From positions 160,001-224,000 of the forward strand of contig CAVSGI010000010.1 of assembly GCA_963727445.1 (NCBI GenBank): 64,000 nt of DNA. The letters run 5' to 3'. Of this stretch, positions 20,444 through 30,458 are shown one piece after another. The position numbers were made by a program, and so were the translations under genes. Under the pieces are notes generated by a model. That model saw only the letters and a program-made list of their open reading frames with translations. It was not told where the DNA came from and did not search any database. Positions within the stretch are counted from its first letter, which is position 1, and each line of letters begins with the position of its first letter. The DNA is from an uncultured delta proteobacterium (GTDB lineage Bacteria > Myxococcota_A > Polyangia > Polyangiales > B10-G4).

Positions 20444-21777
20444 CGGTGAAGAGCGAGCTCGACGTCCCGCTCCGAGCTCTCGACCCCTGCTTCGAGGGCG
20501 GCGTGCCCGCGACCCTCTGCACCTGCTCCGCCGGCGGCGTGCCGAACCTCAGCTTCCTGTCTGTCGTCCACCGCGTCGACGACCGCCACGTGGCGCTGTC
20601 GTTCCAATACTTCCGGAAGACCAAGAAGAACCTGGAGCAGAACCCCCGCGCGCGACTGCTGGTCATCGAGCCGAGCACGGCCATCGAGTACGGGCTGAGC
20701 ATCGAGTACGAGCGGACCGAGTCCGAGGGGCCGACCTTCGACCGGCTCGCGGCGAGCCTCGCGGCCATCGCCTCGCAGACGGGGATGGAGGACCGCTTCG
20801 TGCTCCGCGGCGCGGACATCTACCGCGTGACCGCCTGCGAACGCTGCGACAACGGCGTGAACGCGAGCCTGCCCGTGCCCTCGCTGGATCGGCTCTCGCG
20901 CCTCAGCACTGCGACGGCTGTGATGGCGAGCGCCGGCGACCTCGACGAGCTCCTCGAGCGCACCCTGAGTGAGCTCGAGGGGCTCGGCTTTCCGCACAGC
21001 TTCCTCATGGCGGTCGACGAGGAGGCGGGGACGCTCTTCTCGATCGCGAGCCATGGCTACTCGCCCTCCGGCGTGGGCGCCGAGATCGAGATGGGCGAGG
21101 GGCTCATCGGGACCGCCGCCAAGACGCGGCTCCCGGTGCGCGTCGCGAACATGAGCCGCGTGCGGATCTTCGCCGAGACGGTGCGCGGGCAGGAGGGTGA
21201 GGCGGAGCGCCGGATCGCGCTCCCGGGTCTGGATGGCATGGAGAGCGAGATCGTGATGCCGATCGTGATGCGTGACCGGCTCCTCGGCGTGCTGTGTCTC
21301 CAGAGCCGGAGCCACGCGGCCTTCGGCCGCGTGGACGAGGACCTTCTCGGCGTCGTCGTCCATCAGCTGGCGAGCGGGATGGTGCGCTTCGCCGAGGACG
21401 GATCCGCCGACCAAAGCGCATCGACCGCCGCCGAAGTGACGGCCTCACCGGACGCGCTGAGGGTGCGCCACTACGCCGAGGACGACAGCGTCTTCGTCGA
21501 CAACGAGTACCTGATCAAAGGCGTCGCTGGGCGCATCCTCTACCTGCTCCTGTCGGCCCATGCGAACGAGGGCCGCCGCGAGTTCACCAACCGCGAGCTA
21601 CGCCTCGACCCCCGCCTCGGCCTGCCGCCCCTCAAGGACAACCTCGAGACGCGCCTCATCATGCTCCGCCGCCGCCTCGCCGACCGCTGCCCCGCGATCG
21701 TCATGAAGCGCACCGGCCGCGGCCGCTTCGAGCTCCGGGTCACGGGCGAGCTCGAGCTCGAGAGCGGGAGATCGTGA
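20440..21777 (+). CDS. PNPOx-like + GAF + winged-helix transcriptional regulator
   Basis: CFEGGVPA..TCS..GVPNLS..KTKKNLEQNP. GAF region (GEGLIGTAA, PIVMRDRLLGVL). C-terminal YLIKGVAGRIL..NLETRLIMLRRRL..GRGRFEL. Confidence 0.85.
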   Translation: MTVKSELDVPLRALDPCFEGGVPATLCTCSAGGVPNLSFLSVVHRVDDRHVALSFQYFRKTKKNLEQNPRARLLVIEPSTAIEYGLSIEYERTESEGPTFDRLAASLAAIASQTGMEDRFVLRGADIYRVTACERCDNGVNASLPVPSLDRLSRLSTATAVMASAGDLDELLERTLSELEGLGFPHSFLMAVDEEAGTLFSIASHGYSPSGVGAEIEMGEGLIGTAAKTRLPVRVANMSRVRIFAETVRGQEGEAERRIALPGLDGMESEIVMPIVMRDRLLGVLCLQSRSHAAFGRVDEDLLGVVVHQLASGMVRFAEDGSADQSASTAAEVTASPDALRVRHYAEDDSVFVDNEYLIKGVAGRILYLLLSAHANEGRREFTNRELRLDPRLGLPPLKDNLETRLIMLRRRLADRCPAIVMKRTGRGRFELRVTGELELESGRS

Positions 21778-21798
21778 GCGGCAGGCCCGCGCGGCGAG

Positions 21799-22381
21799 TC
21801 ACCGATCCCGCGGCCCCTTGCCGGCCAGGATCATCGGCACGTACTCGTCGACACGCTTTTCGCGGGTGGCGGACTGCTTGGCGCTCGAGAATCAGCAGGT
21901 GGTAGGCGCGCTGGCGGCCCGGGGTGAGCTTTGCGAAGGCCTTGCGGAGCTTCGCGCTGCCGTCGAGGCGCGCCTTCAGCTCGGGGACCAGCACGAGGGC
22001 GTCTCGGTCGGGAAGCGGCGTGCCCGCCTTCTCCACTTTCACGGCCTGGCGGACGAGGTCGCGGACGGTTCGCTCCATCTTCTTCACGTCGTCGACGCTG
22101 CGGAAGCAGACGCGGCGCGAGGCGTGGGTGTTGTCCCCCTGGGACTCGAGGACGCCCTTCTTCGCCTTCAGGAGCACGCCCTTGAAGAACATGAGGGCGA
22201 GGAAGTCGCGGAAGGGCTGGATGAGCGCGACGTTGTTGCCGTCGTGGGTGTAGCAGGGCTTGCCCCACTTCACCTCTTCACCCAAGCCGCAGTCGAGGAG
22301 GTAGGCGCGGAGCACCTCGGACTCGTCGCGCCAGCGCTTTCGGTCGTCGAGCCAGGCGTCGACGTCGCAGTAGCTCTTCAT
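21799..22381 (-). CDS. YdeI/OmpD-associated family protein (frameshift near 21890)
   Basis: EEVKWGKPCY, LMFFKG, FAKLTPGRQRAY. Corrected C-terminus SAKQSATREKRV..ILAGKG. Confidence 0.88.
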
Positions 22382-22525
22382 GGGCTCACGATTAGCATGC
22401 CGGCGCCTCGCCGCCAGACCAGTGCGCAGCGCCGAGCGCTTGGCGGCGGGCTACGGTCCTGATCGGGACGAGAGCCCGTCATTCAGCAGTTGACGAGTCA
22501 TGGCCCGGCGGGTCACCGTCGGGCA

Positions 22526-22826
22526 ATGGGTGGGAAGAAGAGGTTGGGCGTCGGGGGACGCGTCCTGAATTTCGCGGTGAGCGGTGCCCTCCTCGTGGGC
22601 GCCGCCGGCACCGCGGGTTGCGACGACGAGCCCGCGCCGAACGAGTACATCGATCACGAGCCCGAGCCGAACATGCCCGCGCCCGAATCCAGAGCCCACA
22701 CCCGAGACGACCTCGAACCCGGTGGCGCCCGAAGAGGTGCGCGAGGTCCGGATGAACCAGCGGCCCCCGCCCACGATGGAGGTGGACGATGGGCCGGGGG
22801 TGAACAACCCCCCCGCCGAAGAGTAG
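22526..22826 (+). CDS. Small Pro/Glu/Asn-rich lipoprotein (probable frameshift near 22685)
   Basis: Signal peptide ending GTAGC. GC3 bias switches frame near 22685 and that frame ends at TAG 22826. Confidence 0.55.
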
Positions 22827-22880
22827 GGCTCTGGCGCATCGGTAGTCGGCGGTGGCGGCTCGCGCGTCGAAGCTGAAATC

Positions 22881-23597
22881 CTAGCCGCCCATCCCACCCG
22901 CGCAGAAGTTCGGCACGATGGCGTCGCTCCAGACGCCGTCGGAGCAGTAAGTGCCGCCGCCGAAGTTGCACACCGCATAGGTGCACGTCTCGCCTTCGAG
23001 GGTGCAGGCACTGCCGACGCGCGGGCGGTTCGGGGGGCACTCCGCCAGTGAAGGGTCGTCGCACCGCCACTGGTACGTCGTGGTGCCGCCCGGGCCGCTG
23101 GACACGAACGGATAGCAGACGCAGTGCGCGTCGCCGTACACGCACAGATCCGTCGGGTCCGATTCAGTGCACGTTCCGCTCGGCGGCTCGGGTGGGCAGC
23201 CGGGACCGAGCGTGGTGGGCGTCGGACAGACCGTCGGGTCGGGATCGCGAACCATCCACGTGCCGTCCGAAGGACCACCTACCCAACACTGCGCCAGGTA
23301 GTTGCAGCGCGAGCTCCAGTCGTCTCCGTATTCGCACGAGAGGCCGGGATGATCGCAGTGATCACCGTCTGCCGGAATGGCCGACGGGCAATCGGGCACC
23401 AGCGTGCCGGAGTCGCGGGGCCGCGTCCCGCTGTCGGTGGCCGAGGAGTCGGCGGCGCGGCTGTCACCGATGGTGCCATCGGGGAGGCTGGCGTCACCGG
23501 ATTCGTGGGACTCGCCACAAGCGGTGCACGCGAGCAACAGCGCGGTGGTCGGCCCCCAAAGACACCATGAGCCGTTGCGGCGAGTGAAGTGACGCAT
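22881..23597 (-). CDS. Cys-rich lipoprotein
   Basis: LLACTAC signal, Asp/Ser linker, three CP..P..G..C...CxY repeats. Confidence 0.8.
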   Translation of the reverse strand: MRHFTRRNGSWCLWGPTTALLLACTACGESHESGDASLPDGTIGDSRAADSSATDSGTRPRDSGTLVPDCPSAIPADGDHCDHPGLSCEYGDDWSSRCNYLAQCWVGGPSDGTWMVRDPDPTVCPTPTTLGPGCPPEPPSGTCTESDPTDLCVYGDAHCVCYPFVSSGPGGTTTYQWRCDDPSLAECPPNRPRVGSACTLEGETCTYAVCNFGGGTYCSDGVWSDAIVPNFCAGGMGG

Positions 23598-23629
23598 GGT
23601 GGGAGCCTACCAGCCGCGGGTCTGGCCGC

Positions 23630-24925
23630 TCACCGCCCCTCGCCGCGCGCCTCGGCGTCGAGCTCAGCGAGCATCTTGTCGAGCTCGGGGTCGCCCGTTT
23701 CGGAGGGAGGCGGGTCGTGGGCAGGGATGTGCACCTCGCCGACCGAGGTGGCGTCGTCGAAGTCGAGCTCGACCGGGATGGAGGAGAGGATCTGGACCTC
23801 CTGGCCGACCTGATAGACGACGGTCCTCTCGTCCTCGTCGGCGTCGTCGTCGTCGATCTCCTCCACCTCGTCCGCCAGGCTCGCCTGCTCTCGCTTCTCT
23901 TTCTCGGCGTCGAGCATCGCGAGGAAGTCCCCGAGCTGGACGGCCTGGGTGAGCTCGGGCTCCTCTTCCTGCGAGGACTGGCCGGTCTCGAGGTAGTGGG
24001 AGAGCTCCTGTCCGAGCTCCATGGCGCTCCGGTAGCGGCGCTTCGGGTCGAGGCGCAGGGCCCGCTGCAGGATCCGGAAAAGCGGCTCCGGGATCGTCTG
24101 CGGTCTCGGCAGCGTGTCCTCGTCGAAGGCGATCCGATGCTCGATGTAGGCGAGCACGCGGCGCGCGATCTCGCGCTGATCGGTTCCGGACATGTCGAGC
24201 TGAAAGAGCTTACGGCCCGTGACCATCTGCCAGAGGATCAACCCCACGCTGTAGACGTCGCTCCAGGTGTCGGTCCGCATCTGATCCGCCCGCTCCGCGC
24301 GCGAGTCGGCGAGCTGTTCCGGCGCCACGTAGTCGAGCGTCCCCAACACCAGCCCGGTGTCCAGGTTCTCGGCGAAGTCGTGGCCCTGCAGGATGTCCTC
24401 GTCCTCCATCAGCTCGAGGAGCCCCTGCGCGTCCTTGACCAGCCCGAAGTCCATGAGCTTCACGGTGTTGTCGACCGTGAGCATCACGTTGTTCGGGTTC
24501 ACGTCGCGGTTGGCCAGGCCGAGGCGATGCATGCCGCGGAGCGCGGCGCAGAGCTGCGTCCCGATGGCGCAGGCCGCCTTCACCTCCCACCGGGCACCCG
24601 GCCTCAGGATGCTCGACAGCGTCCGCCCGTTCACCAGCTCCATCGCATAGAACGGCCGGCCGTCGGGCAGCAGCCCGTCGCCCACGTAACGAACGCAATA
24701 AGGGCTGCGGGGGAGCTCACGCAGCACCTTGATCTCCCGCACGAAGCGCTTGAGGGCCTGCTCGTTGCGTTGGTGCGGCACCTTGACGGCGCAGAGGGCC
24801 CGCTCCGGCGTCTGCGCCTCGTACACCCAGGCGAACCCTCCGGTGTCCAGGTGGCGCACAATCGCGAACCCACCGGGCAGTGTGTATCCGATGAGGTCAT
24901 CCGCGGGCGGCATCGGCCCCATCAT
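23630..24925 (-). CDS. Cytoplasmic Ser/Thr protein kinase with acidic tail
   Basis: TGGFAWVY, CAVK, NRDVNPNN, DFG, YVAPEQ. GGAGG before the ATG. Confidence 0.92.
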   Translation of the reverse strand: MMGPMPPADDLIGYTLPGGFAIVRHLDTGGFAWVYEAQTPERALCAVKVPHQRNEQALKRFVREIKVLRELPRSPYCVRYVGDGLLPDGRPFYAMELVNGRTLSSILRPGARWEVKAACAIGTQLCAALRGMHRLGLANRDVNPNNVMLTVDNTVKLMDFGLVKDAQGLLELMEDEDILQGHDFAENLDTGLVLGTLDYVAPEQLADSRAERADQMRTDTWSDVYSVGLILWQMVTGRKLFQLDMSGTDQREIARRVLAYIEHRIAFDEDTLPRPQTIPEPLFRILQRALRLDPKRRYRSAMELGQELSHYLETGQSSQEEEPELTQAVQLGDFLAMLDAEKEKREQASLADEVEEIDDDDADEDERTVVYQVGQEVQILSSIPVELDFDDATSVGEVHIPAHDPPPSETGDPELDKMLAELDAEARGEGR

Positions 24926-24961
24926 ACTCCCTCCGCGACCCGGAGCGTCAGGCGTCGACAC

Positions 24962-25396
24962 TCACCCGTAGTCGCGGAGCATCTTCTTGAGCTCCAGGGT
25001 GTGCATCTCCTCGGTGCCAATCTTGGTGCGCACGAACTCTTCGAGATAGACGCTGGCGCCCTCGACCACGGCCAGGAGCTTCTTGTAGAGCGCGAGGGCC
25101 CGGCGCTCGTGCTCGAGGCTCTCGGCGAGGATGTCCTTGAGGGAGTGCTGGTGGGTCTCTTCGATGGGAGAGATCCGCAGCGTCGGGTGTCCCTCGAGGC
25201 CGGTCAGGATCTCGCCGACCTCCTGCGCGTGGAGCAGCGACTCCTGGGCCTGGCTCTTCATGAAGGCCACGATCGGGAGCCGATGAGGGCCTGTGACCAT
25301 CAGCGAGTAGTGCGTGTAGCGCACCACGCCGGCGAGCTCGGCCTCCATCAGCTCGTTCAGGAGCGCGGTCGCAGCGTCGAGATCCAGGTCTTCCAT
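24962..25396 (-). CDS. Bacterioferritin/ferritin-like protein
   Basis: ELAGVVRY, ESLLHA, HERRA, EEMH diiron pattern; 144 aa. Confidence 0.88.
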   Translation of the reverse strand: MEDLDLDAATALLNELMEAELAGVVRYTHYSLMVTGPHRLPIVAFMKSQAQESLLHAQEVGEILTGLEGHPTLRISPIEETHQHSLKDILAESLEHERRALALYKKLLAVVEGASVYLEEFVRTKIGTEEMHTLELKKMLRDYG

Positions 25397-25438
25397 GGCG
25401 GCTTCATCCCACGACGGCCCAGCGGTTTCAATGCGTCA

Positions 25439-27601
25439 TCAGCGCGCGGGCCGAACCTCGACGTTAATCCCGTTGAGGACGGCGTTTCCGCTGAGCACGT
25501 CGAGGAGCGCCGGGTCGGTGAGGTCGTTGGCGCTGACGCCCGGCCTCTGTCCGGCGACCCTCAGCTTCGCGCCGCGCCGGTCGTGCCCGAAGCCGTGAGG
25601 CAGGCTCACCACGCCCCGCATCATCGCGTCGGTGCGCTCGATCGGCACCGTCACCGAGCCGACGTGGTTCGAGACCTCGGCCTCTTCACCCTCCGTGAGA
25701 CCCAACGCCTCCGCATCGTCGGGATGGATCATCAAGGTGCAGAGCGGCTTGCCGGCGGCGAGCTTGGGGACGTTGTGCATCCACGAGTTGTTGGTGCGTA
25801 GATGGCGCCGCCCGATGAGCCGGAACGCGCTCTTCCGATCGGCGTCGGGGAGCTCGGCCGGGAGCTCGCGGTCGAGGCGGTCGAGATCGTCCACGAGGAT
25901 CTCCGGCGCTACGTCGATGTGACGATGGGCCGGGTGCAGGCGCTCTTCGAGGCATGGCCGTAGAGCGCCGAGGTCGAGGCCGTGCGGGGCGTTCGCCAGG
26001 CGCGCGAGGCTCAGCCCTTCCTTGCCGGGCCCCATGCCGCGCGGTCCGACGCGCAGGCCGAGGTCGAGAATGCGATCCGGTCCGAGCTTCTCGAGCGCCT
26101 GCCACTTCGCTGCGCTGAGCGCTCCCTCGCCGCGCACCCGGGCGAGGTGACGCAGAATGCCGGCGATGATCCGGTGCTCTGGTCGCGTGTCCCCGCTGGG
26201 CGGAAAGAGGGGCGGCGACCACTTCGCGACGTTGCGGACCGCGAGGAGGTTGATCCCGATGTCGTAGTGGCTGCGCTCGAGCGGCGAGGCGGGCGGCAGG
26301 ATGAAGTCCGCGTGCCGCGTCGTCTCGTTCACGTAGGGATCGATGCTCACCATGAAGTCGAGGCTCGACAGGGCATCGTCGAGGCCGCGCCCATCGGGCG
26401 TGCTCAGCACCGGGTTTCCCGCGGAGGTGACCAGCGCGCGGATCGATCGCTCTCCCGCGTCGAGGATCTCCTCGGCGAGGACCGCCACCGGCAGCTCGCC
26501 CCCGAACTCGGGCAACCCGCGCACCGTCGAGTGCCAGCGACCGTAGCTGCCGCGCCCCAGCTTGATGGGGGGCGGCGGGTGAACGATGTCGAAGGCGGGC
26601 TCGGTGAACATGGCGCCGCCCGGACGGTCGAGGTTGCCCGTCGCGAGATTGATCGCGTTCATCAGCCACTGGCAGGTGGCCCCGAAACGCTGCGTCGACG
26701 TACCCATGCGGCCGTAGACCACGGCGCCGTCGCTCTCGGCCAGCTCGCGCGCCAGACGCTTCACCACGTCGGCCGCGATACCCGTGGGGCCCTCCGCCCG
26801 CTCCGGCGTGAAGCGCTCGAGCGCCGAGAAGAGCTTGGCCTCGCCGCGCACCAGGTGGACCAGGTGACCGGGCCGCATGCCCTGCGTGCGCAGGATCTCG
26901 CCCAGCAGGGCTGCGAGGAAGAGCGCGTCCGTCCCCGGGCGGATGAAGAGGTGCTCGCTCGCGATGCGCGCCGTCTCGGTGCGCCGTGGATCGACGACGA
27001 TGAGCCGCCCTCCGCGCTTCATCAGCGCCTGGAGGCGACCTTTGATGTCGCCGCCCGACATGAAGCTGCCGCCCGAAGCGACCGGATTGGCCCCCAGCAT
27101 CAGGAAGGTCTGGGTGCGGTCCACGTCCGGCACCGACCACAGGAGCTGGTGGCCGTACATGAAGTACGAGGCGAACATCGCGGGCCATTGGTCCACCGAG
27201 CTCGCGCTGAAGCGGTTCTTGGTGCGAAGGCCCCGGATGAGGAGCGGGCCGAAGAGGAGGGCGCCGAGGTTGTGCGCGTTCGGGTTGCCGGCGTAGACGG
27301 CGACCGAGTCGTTGCCGTGCGCCGCCTGGATCTCGTGCAGGCGCGTCGCGATCTCGGAGAACGCGTCTTCCCAGGAGACGCGCGCGAAGCGTCCACGACG
27401 CTCGCGCCGGAGCGGGTAGCGGAGGCGATCCGGGTCCGTGTGCAGATCCCGAAGCGCCACGCCCTTGGGACAGATGTGCCCCTGGCTGAGCGGGTCCCGA
27501 GCATCACCGCGGATGCTCAGAACCTCGCCGTCGTCAGCCTCAATCTCGAGCCCGCACATCGCCTCACAGAGAGTGCACGTTCGATAATGCGTCGTCGCCA
27601 C
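25439..27601 (-). CDS. Molybdopterin-dependent oxidoreductase (DMSO reductase superfamily)
   Basis: CTLCEAMCG...HICPKG 4Fe-4S motif, VVDPRRTETA, IRPGTD, NETTRHAD, RRHLRTNNSWMHN, IHPDDA. Confidence 0.95.
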   Translation of the reverse strand: MATTHYRTCTLCEAMCGLEIEADDGEVLSIRGDARDPLSQGHICPKGVALRDLHTDPDRLRYPLRRERRGRFARVSWEDAFSEIATRLHEIQAAHGNDSVAVYAGNPNAHNLGALLFGPLLIRGLRTKNRFSASSVDQWPAMFASYFMYGHQLLWSVPDVDRTQTFLMLGANPVASGGSFMSGGDIKGRLQALMKRGGRLIVVDPRRTETARIASEHLFIRPGTDALFLAALLGEILRTQGMRPGHLVHLVRGEAKLFSALERFTPERAEGPTGIAADVVKRLARELAESDGAVVYGRMGTSTQRFGATCQWLMNAINLATGNLDRPGGAMFTEPAFDIVHPPPPIKLGRGSYGRWHSTVRGLPEFGGELPVAVLAEEILDAGERSIRALVTSAGNPVLSTPDGRGLDDALSSLDFMVSIDPYVNETTRHADFILPPASPLERSHYDIGINLLAVRNVAKWSPPLFPPSGDTRPEHRIIAGILRHLARVRGEGALSAAKWQALEKLGPDRILDLGLRVGPRGMGPGKEGLSLARLANAPHGLDLGALRPCLEERLHPAHRHIDVAPEILVDDLDRLDRELPAELPDADRKSAFRLIGRRHLRTNNSWMHNVPKLAAGKPLCTLMIHPDDAEALGLTEGEEAEVSNHVGSVTVPIERTDAMMRGVVSLPHGFGHDRRGAKLRVAGQRPGVSANDLTDPALLDVLSGNAVLNGINVEVRPAR

Positions 27602-27625
27602 ACCCGACTTGTAGCACGCCCCGCC

Positions 27626-29293
27626 TCAGGAACGGCGGCGCCGGCGTGCGAAGAAGAGCAGGCCCAGGCCCGAGACAATGGCGAAGCCGACACCGCTCGC
27701 GCCTCCGGCAGCGCTGCAGCTGGCTCCGCCGCCGCCGAGCCGTGCGCTCCGGGCCGTCGCCGTGGCCAGGGCGGTGCCGGGATCGACGCCGGGGCCGTAC
27801 ATTCCTCCGGCGCGGTCGTCGCAGTACTGCTCGTCGGTGCCGCGATAGGCGATGCCCTCGCGAAGCTGCACCTCACGTCCGCTGGGCAGCACCAGTTTCT
27901 CCGGTGCGTCGAAGGAGAAGTACTCGGGCGAGCACTCGGTGACGCGCACCGCGGTGTGGATGTTGCTGACCTCGGGCACGCTGGGATCGAGGTCGAAGAG
28001 CGGGTCGACGGTCATCTCTTCGGCGCTCATGGTGGTGAAGAGCCGCGTGAGCTGTGGATAGGTCGTGACCAGCTCCTGCGCGTGGTTACGGGGATCGACG
28101 ATCGCCGCGTCGAGGGCGTCGACGAAGGCGTTCGGATCGAAAGTCAGCGTCTCCAGGTACCCGTCGTAGTCGTGGCACCAGTCGTTCACGATGCAGTTGT
28201 AGAAGCCGTTGGGATCGGCGGCGATCGACTCGGGGGGCGGGACGAAACGCAGCAAGAGCGCCAGGAGCTGCTTGTCGCCGGTGAAGCCGCGCGACTGGAG
28301 GTTCATGACGAAGGTCGCCGGATCGGTCACGGTCCGGAGATCCTCGATCTCCATGATCCCCAGGTAGAAACTGTCGGAGGGCGTCGCGCCGGCGAACTCG
28401 GTGACGAAGGCCTGGCCCCCGGCGTCGTCCGCCGCTCGGCTCACGGCCGCCATGTAGTTCTCCGAACCGAGCCAGAAGCCTTCGGAATCGAGATCCGGCT
28501 CGGTGGACATGTAGTTGAGGGGCCGGGCGCGCTCCGCGCCGAGGATGTAGGCCGTGATCGGCATGTCGGGGATGGTGGCGATGGCGGTGAGCTTGATGGG
28601 CAGACACGCCTTCTGCTCCATGTAGTTCAGAACCACCGGCTGGATCTCGCCGACGCCCGCGTCCTGGCTGAGCTTGAGCGCCACGAAAAACGAGCCGTCG
28701 GCGATGTAATCCATCATCAACGGGACGGACGCCTCGGGGATGTCGTAGCCGTTGTCCGTGAGCCATGTCTGAAGGGCGGTGGCGTCGGTGGAGGACAGGA
28801 CGACGGCGTCGTAGGGGCCGACGGATTCCTGGAGGTAGACCGAGACCGACGAGCCGCTGTCGGCAGCGGCAGAATCCGCGTAGGAGGCACCTGCGTCGTA
28901 GCTGCCCCCCGCGTACGGCCCCTCGGGGTACAGGCTCGGACAGCTGGGGGTCGGCCGACAGGTCCCGGTCGTCTCGTAGTCAGTGCGGAACTGCACCTGC
29001 GTCGCTTGATTCAGCTGCTGGAAGAGCAGATCGGTGCCCACCGAGATCTCCGGGATGCTCGGGACGGGCAGGATCCACGCGAAGTCCATGGCCGCGCCCT
29101 GGTAGAGGATCTGGATGTGGGTCTCCATCGACCCGTCGTCCGCGACGGCATAGACGATGTTCTCGCCCGCCTGGTCGATGGGCTGGCGGTTACAGAAGAA
29201 GCCCCCGCAGGCCGCGGCCGGGGAGGGCGTGGCGAAGAGGGCCGCGGCGAAGGCGGCGCTCAGGGCGATGAGGAAAGAGAGAGTCCTGGACAT
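27626..29293 (-). CDS. DUF2330 domain protein with MYXO-CTERM sorting signal
   Basis: Signal then ACGGFFC..QAGENI, FAWILPVP, WLTDNGY, FFVALKL. C-terminus GGGGASCS-TM-RRRRRS. Confidence 0.88.
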   Translation of the reverse strand: MSRTLSFLIALSAAFAAALFATPSPAAACGGFFCNRQPIDQAGENIVYAVADDGSMETHIQILYQGAAMDFAWILPVPSIPEISVGTDLLFQQLNQATQVQFRTDYETTGTCRPTPSCPSLYPEGPYAGGSYDAGASYADSAAADSGSSVSVYLQESVGPYDAVVLSSTDATALQTWLTDNGYDIPEASVPLMMDYIADGSFFVALKLSQDAGVGEIQPVVLNYMEQKACLPIKLTAIATIPDMPITAYILGAERARPLNYMSTEPDLDSEGFWLGSENYMAAVSRAADDAGGQAFVTEFAGATPSDSFYLGIMEIEDLRTVTDPATFVMNLQSRGFTGDKQLLALLLRFVPPPESIAADPNGFYNCIVNDWCHDYDGYLETLTFDPNAFVDALDAAIVDPRNHAQELVTTYPQLTRLFTTMSAEEMTVDPLFDLDPSVPEVSNIHTAVRVTECSPEYFSFDAPEKLVLPSGREVQLREGIAYRGTDEQYCDDRAGGMYGPGVDPGTALATATARSARLGGGGASCSAAGGASGVGFAIVSGLGLLFFARRRRRS

Positions 29294-29437
29294 GTCGGTT
29301 CCTTCTCGAAGGGAGAGAGAGCAACCGAGGTAATCCACGCTTCGTGCCAACCGAAACTACGAAGGAAATAGGTGGTTGGTGAGGAGACGGGTTTGTCAGA
29401 GTGAGTCATCCTATGCCGGAGTGTGCCGGCGAGGGCT

Positions 29438-30340
29438 TCACTGACCCTGCATCTCCATGTGGCGCAGACGAGCGATCCGCACCTCGAGCGGCGGATGGGA
29501 GCGGAACAGCGCGCGGAAGCCGCTCTCCCGGCCGCCCCGGATCCCGAGCGCCTGAATCGAGTCGGGGAGCGCCGCCGGGGTGTCGCTCAGGAGCTGCAGT
29601 CGCTCGAGGGCGGCGCGCATCTTGGCCGCGCCGGCGAGGTGGGCCCCTCCGGCGTCCGCCCGGAACTCACGCTGCCGGCTGAACCACATGACGATGATGG
29701 TCGCACCGATGCCGAGCACCACCTGCATCACCATCACCGTGATCCAGTAGCCGATGCCCGGCCCATAGCGGCGTTCGCCGCGGCTGAGCCACGAGTCGAC
29801 CGCGAAGCCGATCACCCGCGACAGGAAGATCACGAAGGTGTTCAGCGTGCCCTGGATCAGCGTGAGGGTGACCATGTCACCGTTGGCGACGTGGCTGATC
29901 TCGTGCGCGAGAACGGCCTCGATCTGATCGTGATTCATGCGCGACAACAGGCCGGTGCTCACCGCGACGAGGGCGCCGTCCCGGCTCGCGCCGGTGGCGA
30001 AGGCGTTCATGTCGGGGGAGTCGTAGAGAGCGATCTCGGGCATCCCGATCCCCGCGGCCTTCGCCTGGCGACCGACCGTGTCGAAGAGCCACTGCTCGTC
30101 GGGGTTGCGCGGATGCGGAATGACCTGTGCGCCGGTCGACATCTTGGCGATCGTCTTCGACATCATCAGGGAGATGATCGAGCCGCCGAAGCCCCAGATC
30201 GCTGCGAAGACGAAGACGACGACCATCTGGCTCGGGTCGGTGCCGAAGATGCCCATCCCATTCAGGACGCTCATGACGATGCCCAGGACGAAGAGGACCG
30301 CCAGGTTGGTCAGAACGTAGAGGGTGACGCGCTTTGTCAC
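29438..30340 (-). CDS. htpX: Membrane zinc protease HtpX
   Basis: NAFATG, AHEISHVANGDMVT, SRQREFRAD, SHPPLEVRI. Confidence 0.97.
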   Translation of the reverse strand: MTKRVTLYVLTNLAVLFVLGIVMSVLNGMGIFGTDPSQMVVVFVFAAIWGFGGSIISLMMSKTIAKMSTGAQVIPHPRNPDEQWLFDTVGRQAKAAGIGMPEIALYDSPDMNAFATGASRDGALVAVSTGLLSRMNHDQIEAVLAHEISHVANGDMVTLTLIQGTLNTFVIFLSRVIGFAVDSWLSRGERRYGPGIGYWITVMVMQVVLGIGATIIVMWFSRQREFRADAGGAHLAGAAKMRAALERLQLLSDTPAALPDSIQALGIRGGRESGFRALFRSHPPLEVRIARLRHMEMQGQ

Positions 30341-30458
30341 CTGGGGATCATGGACACGAAACGCCGGTCGAAAACCCCTCGGTGGCCGCCGTTGGTGTGA
30401 AAGCGACTTCTTCTCGTCAGGGGATTGCGCGATCCCGCCAGGTACCTAATTTGTCTTG

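Noticed and set aside
25982..29371. 1129-aa plus-strand ORF and similar long antisense ORFs (e.g. 37907..41155, 9144..11825)
   Set aside because: These are shadow ORFs opposite well-supported genes, expected in high-GC DNA, with no recognisable motifs.
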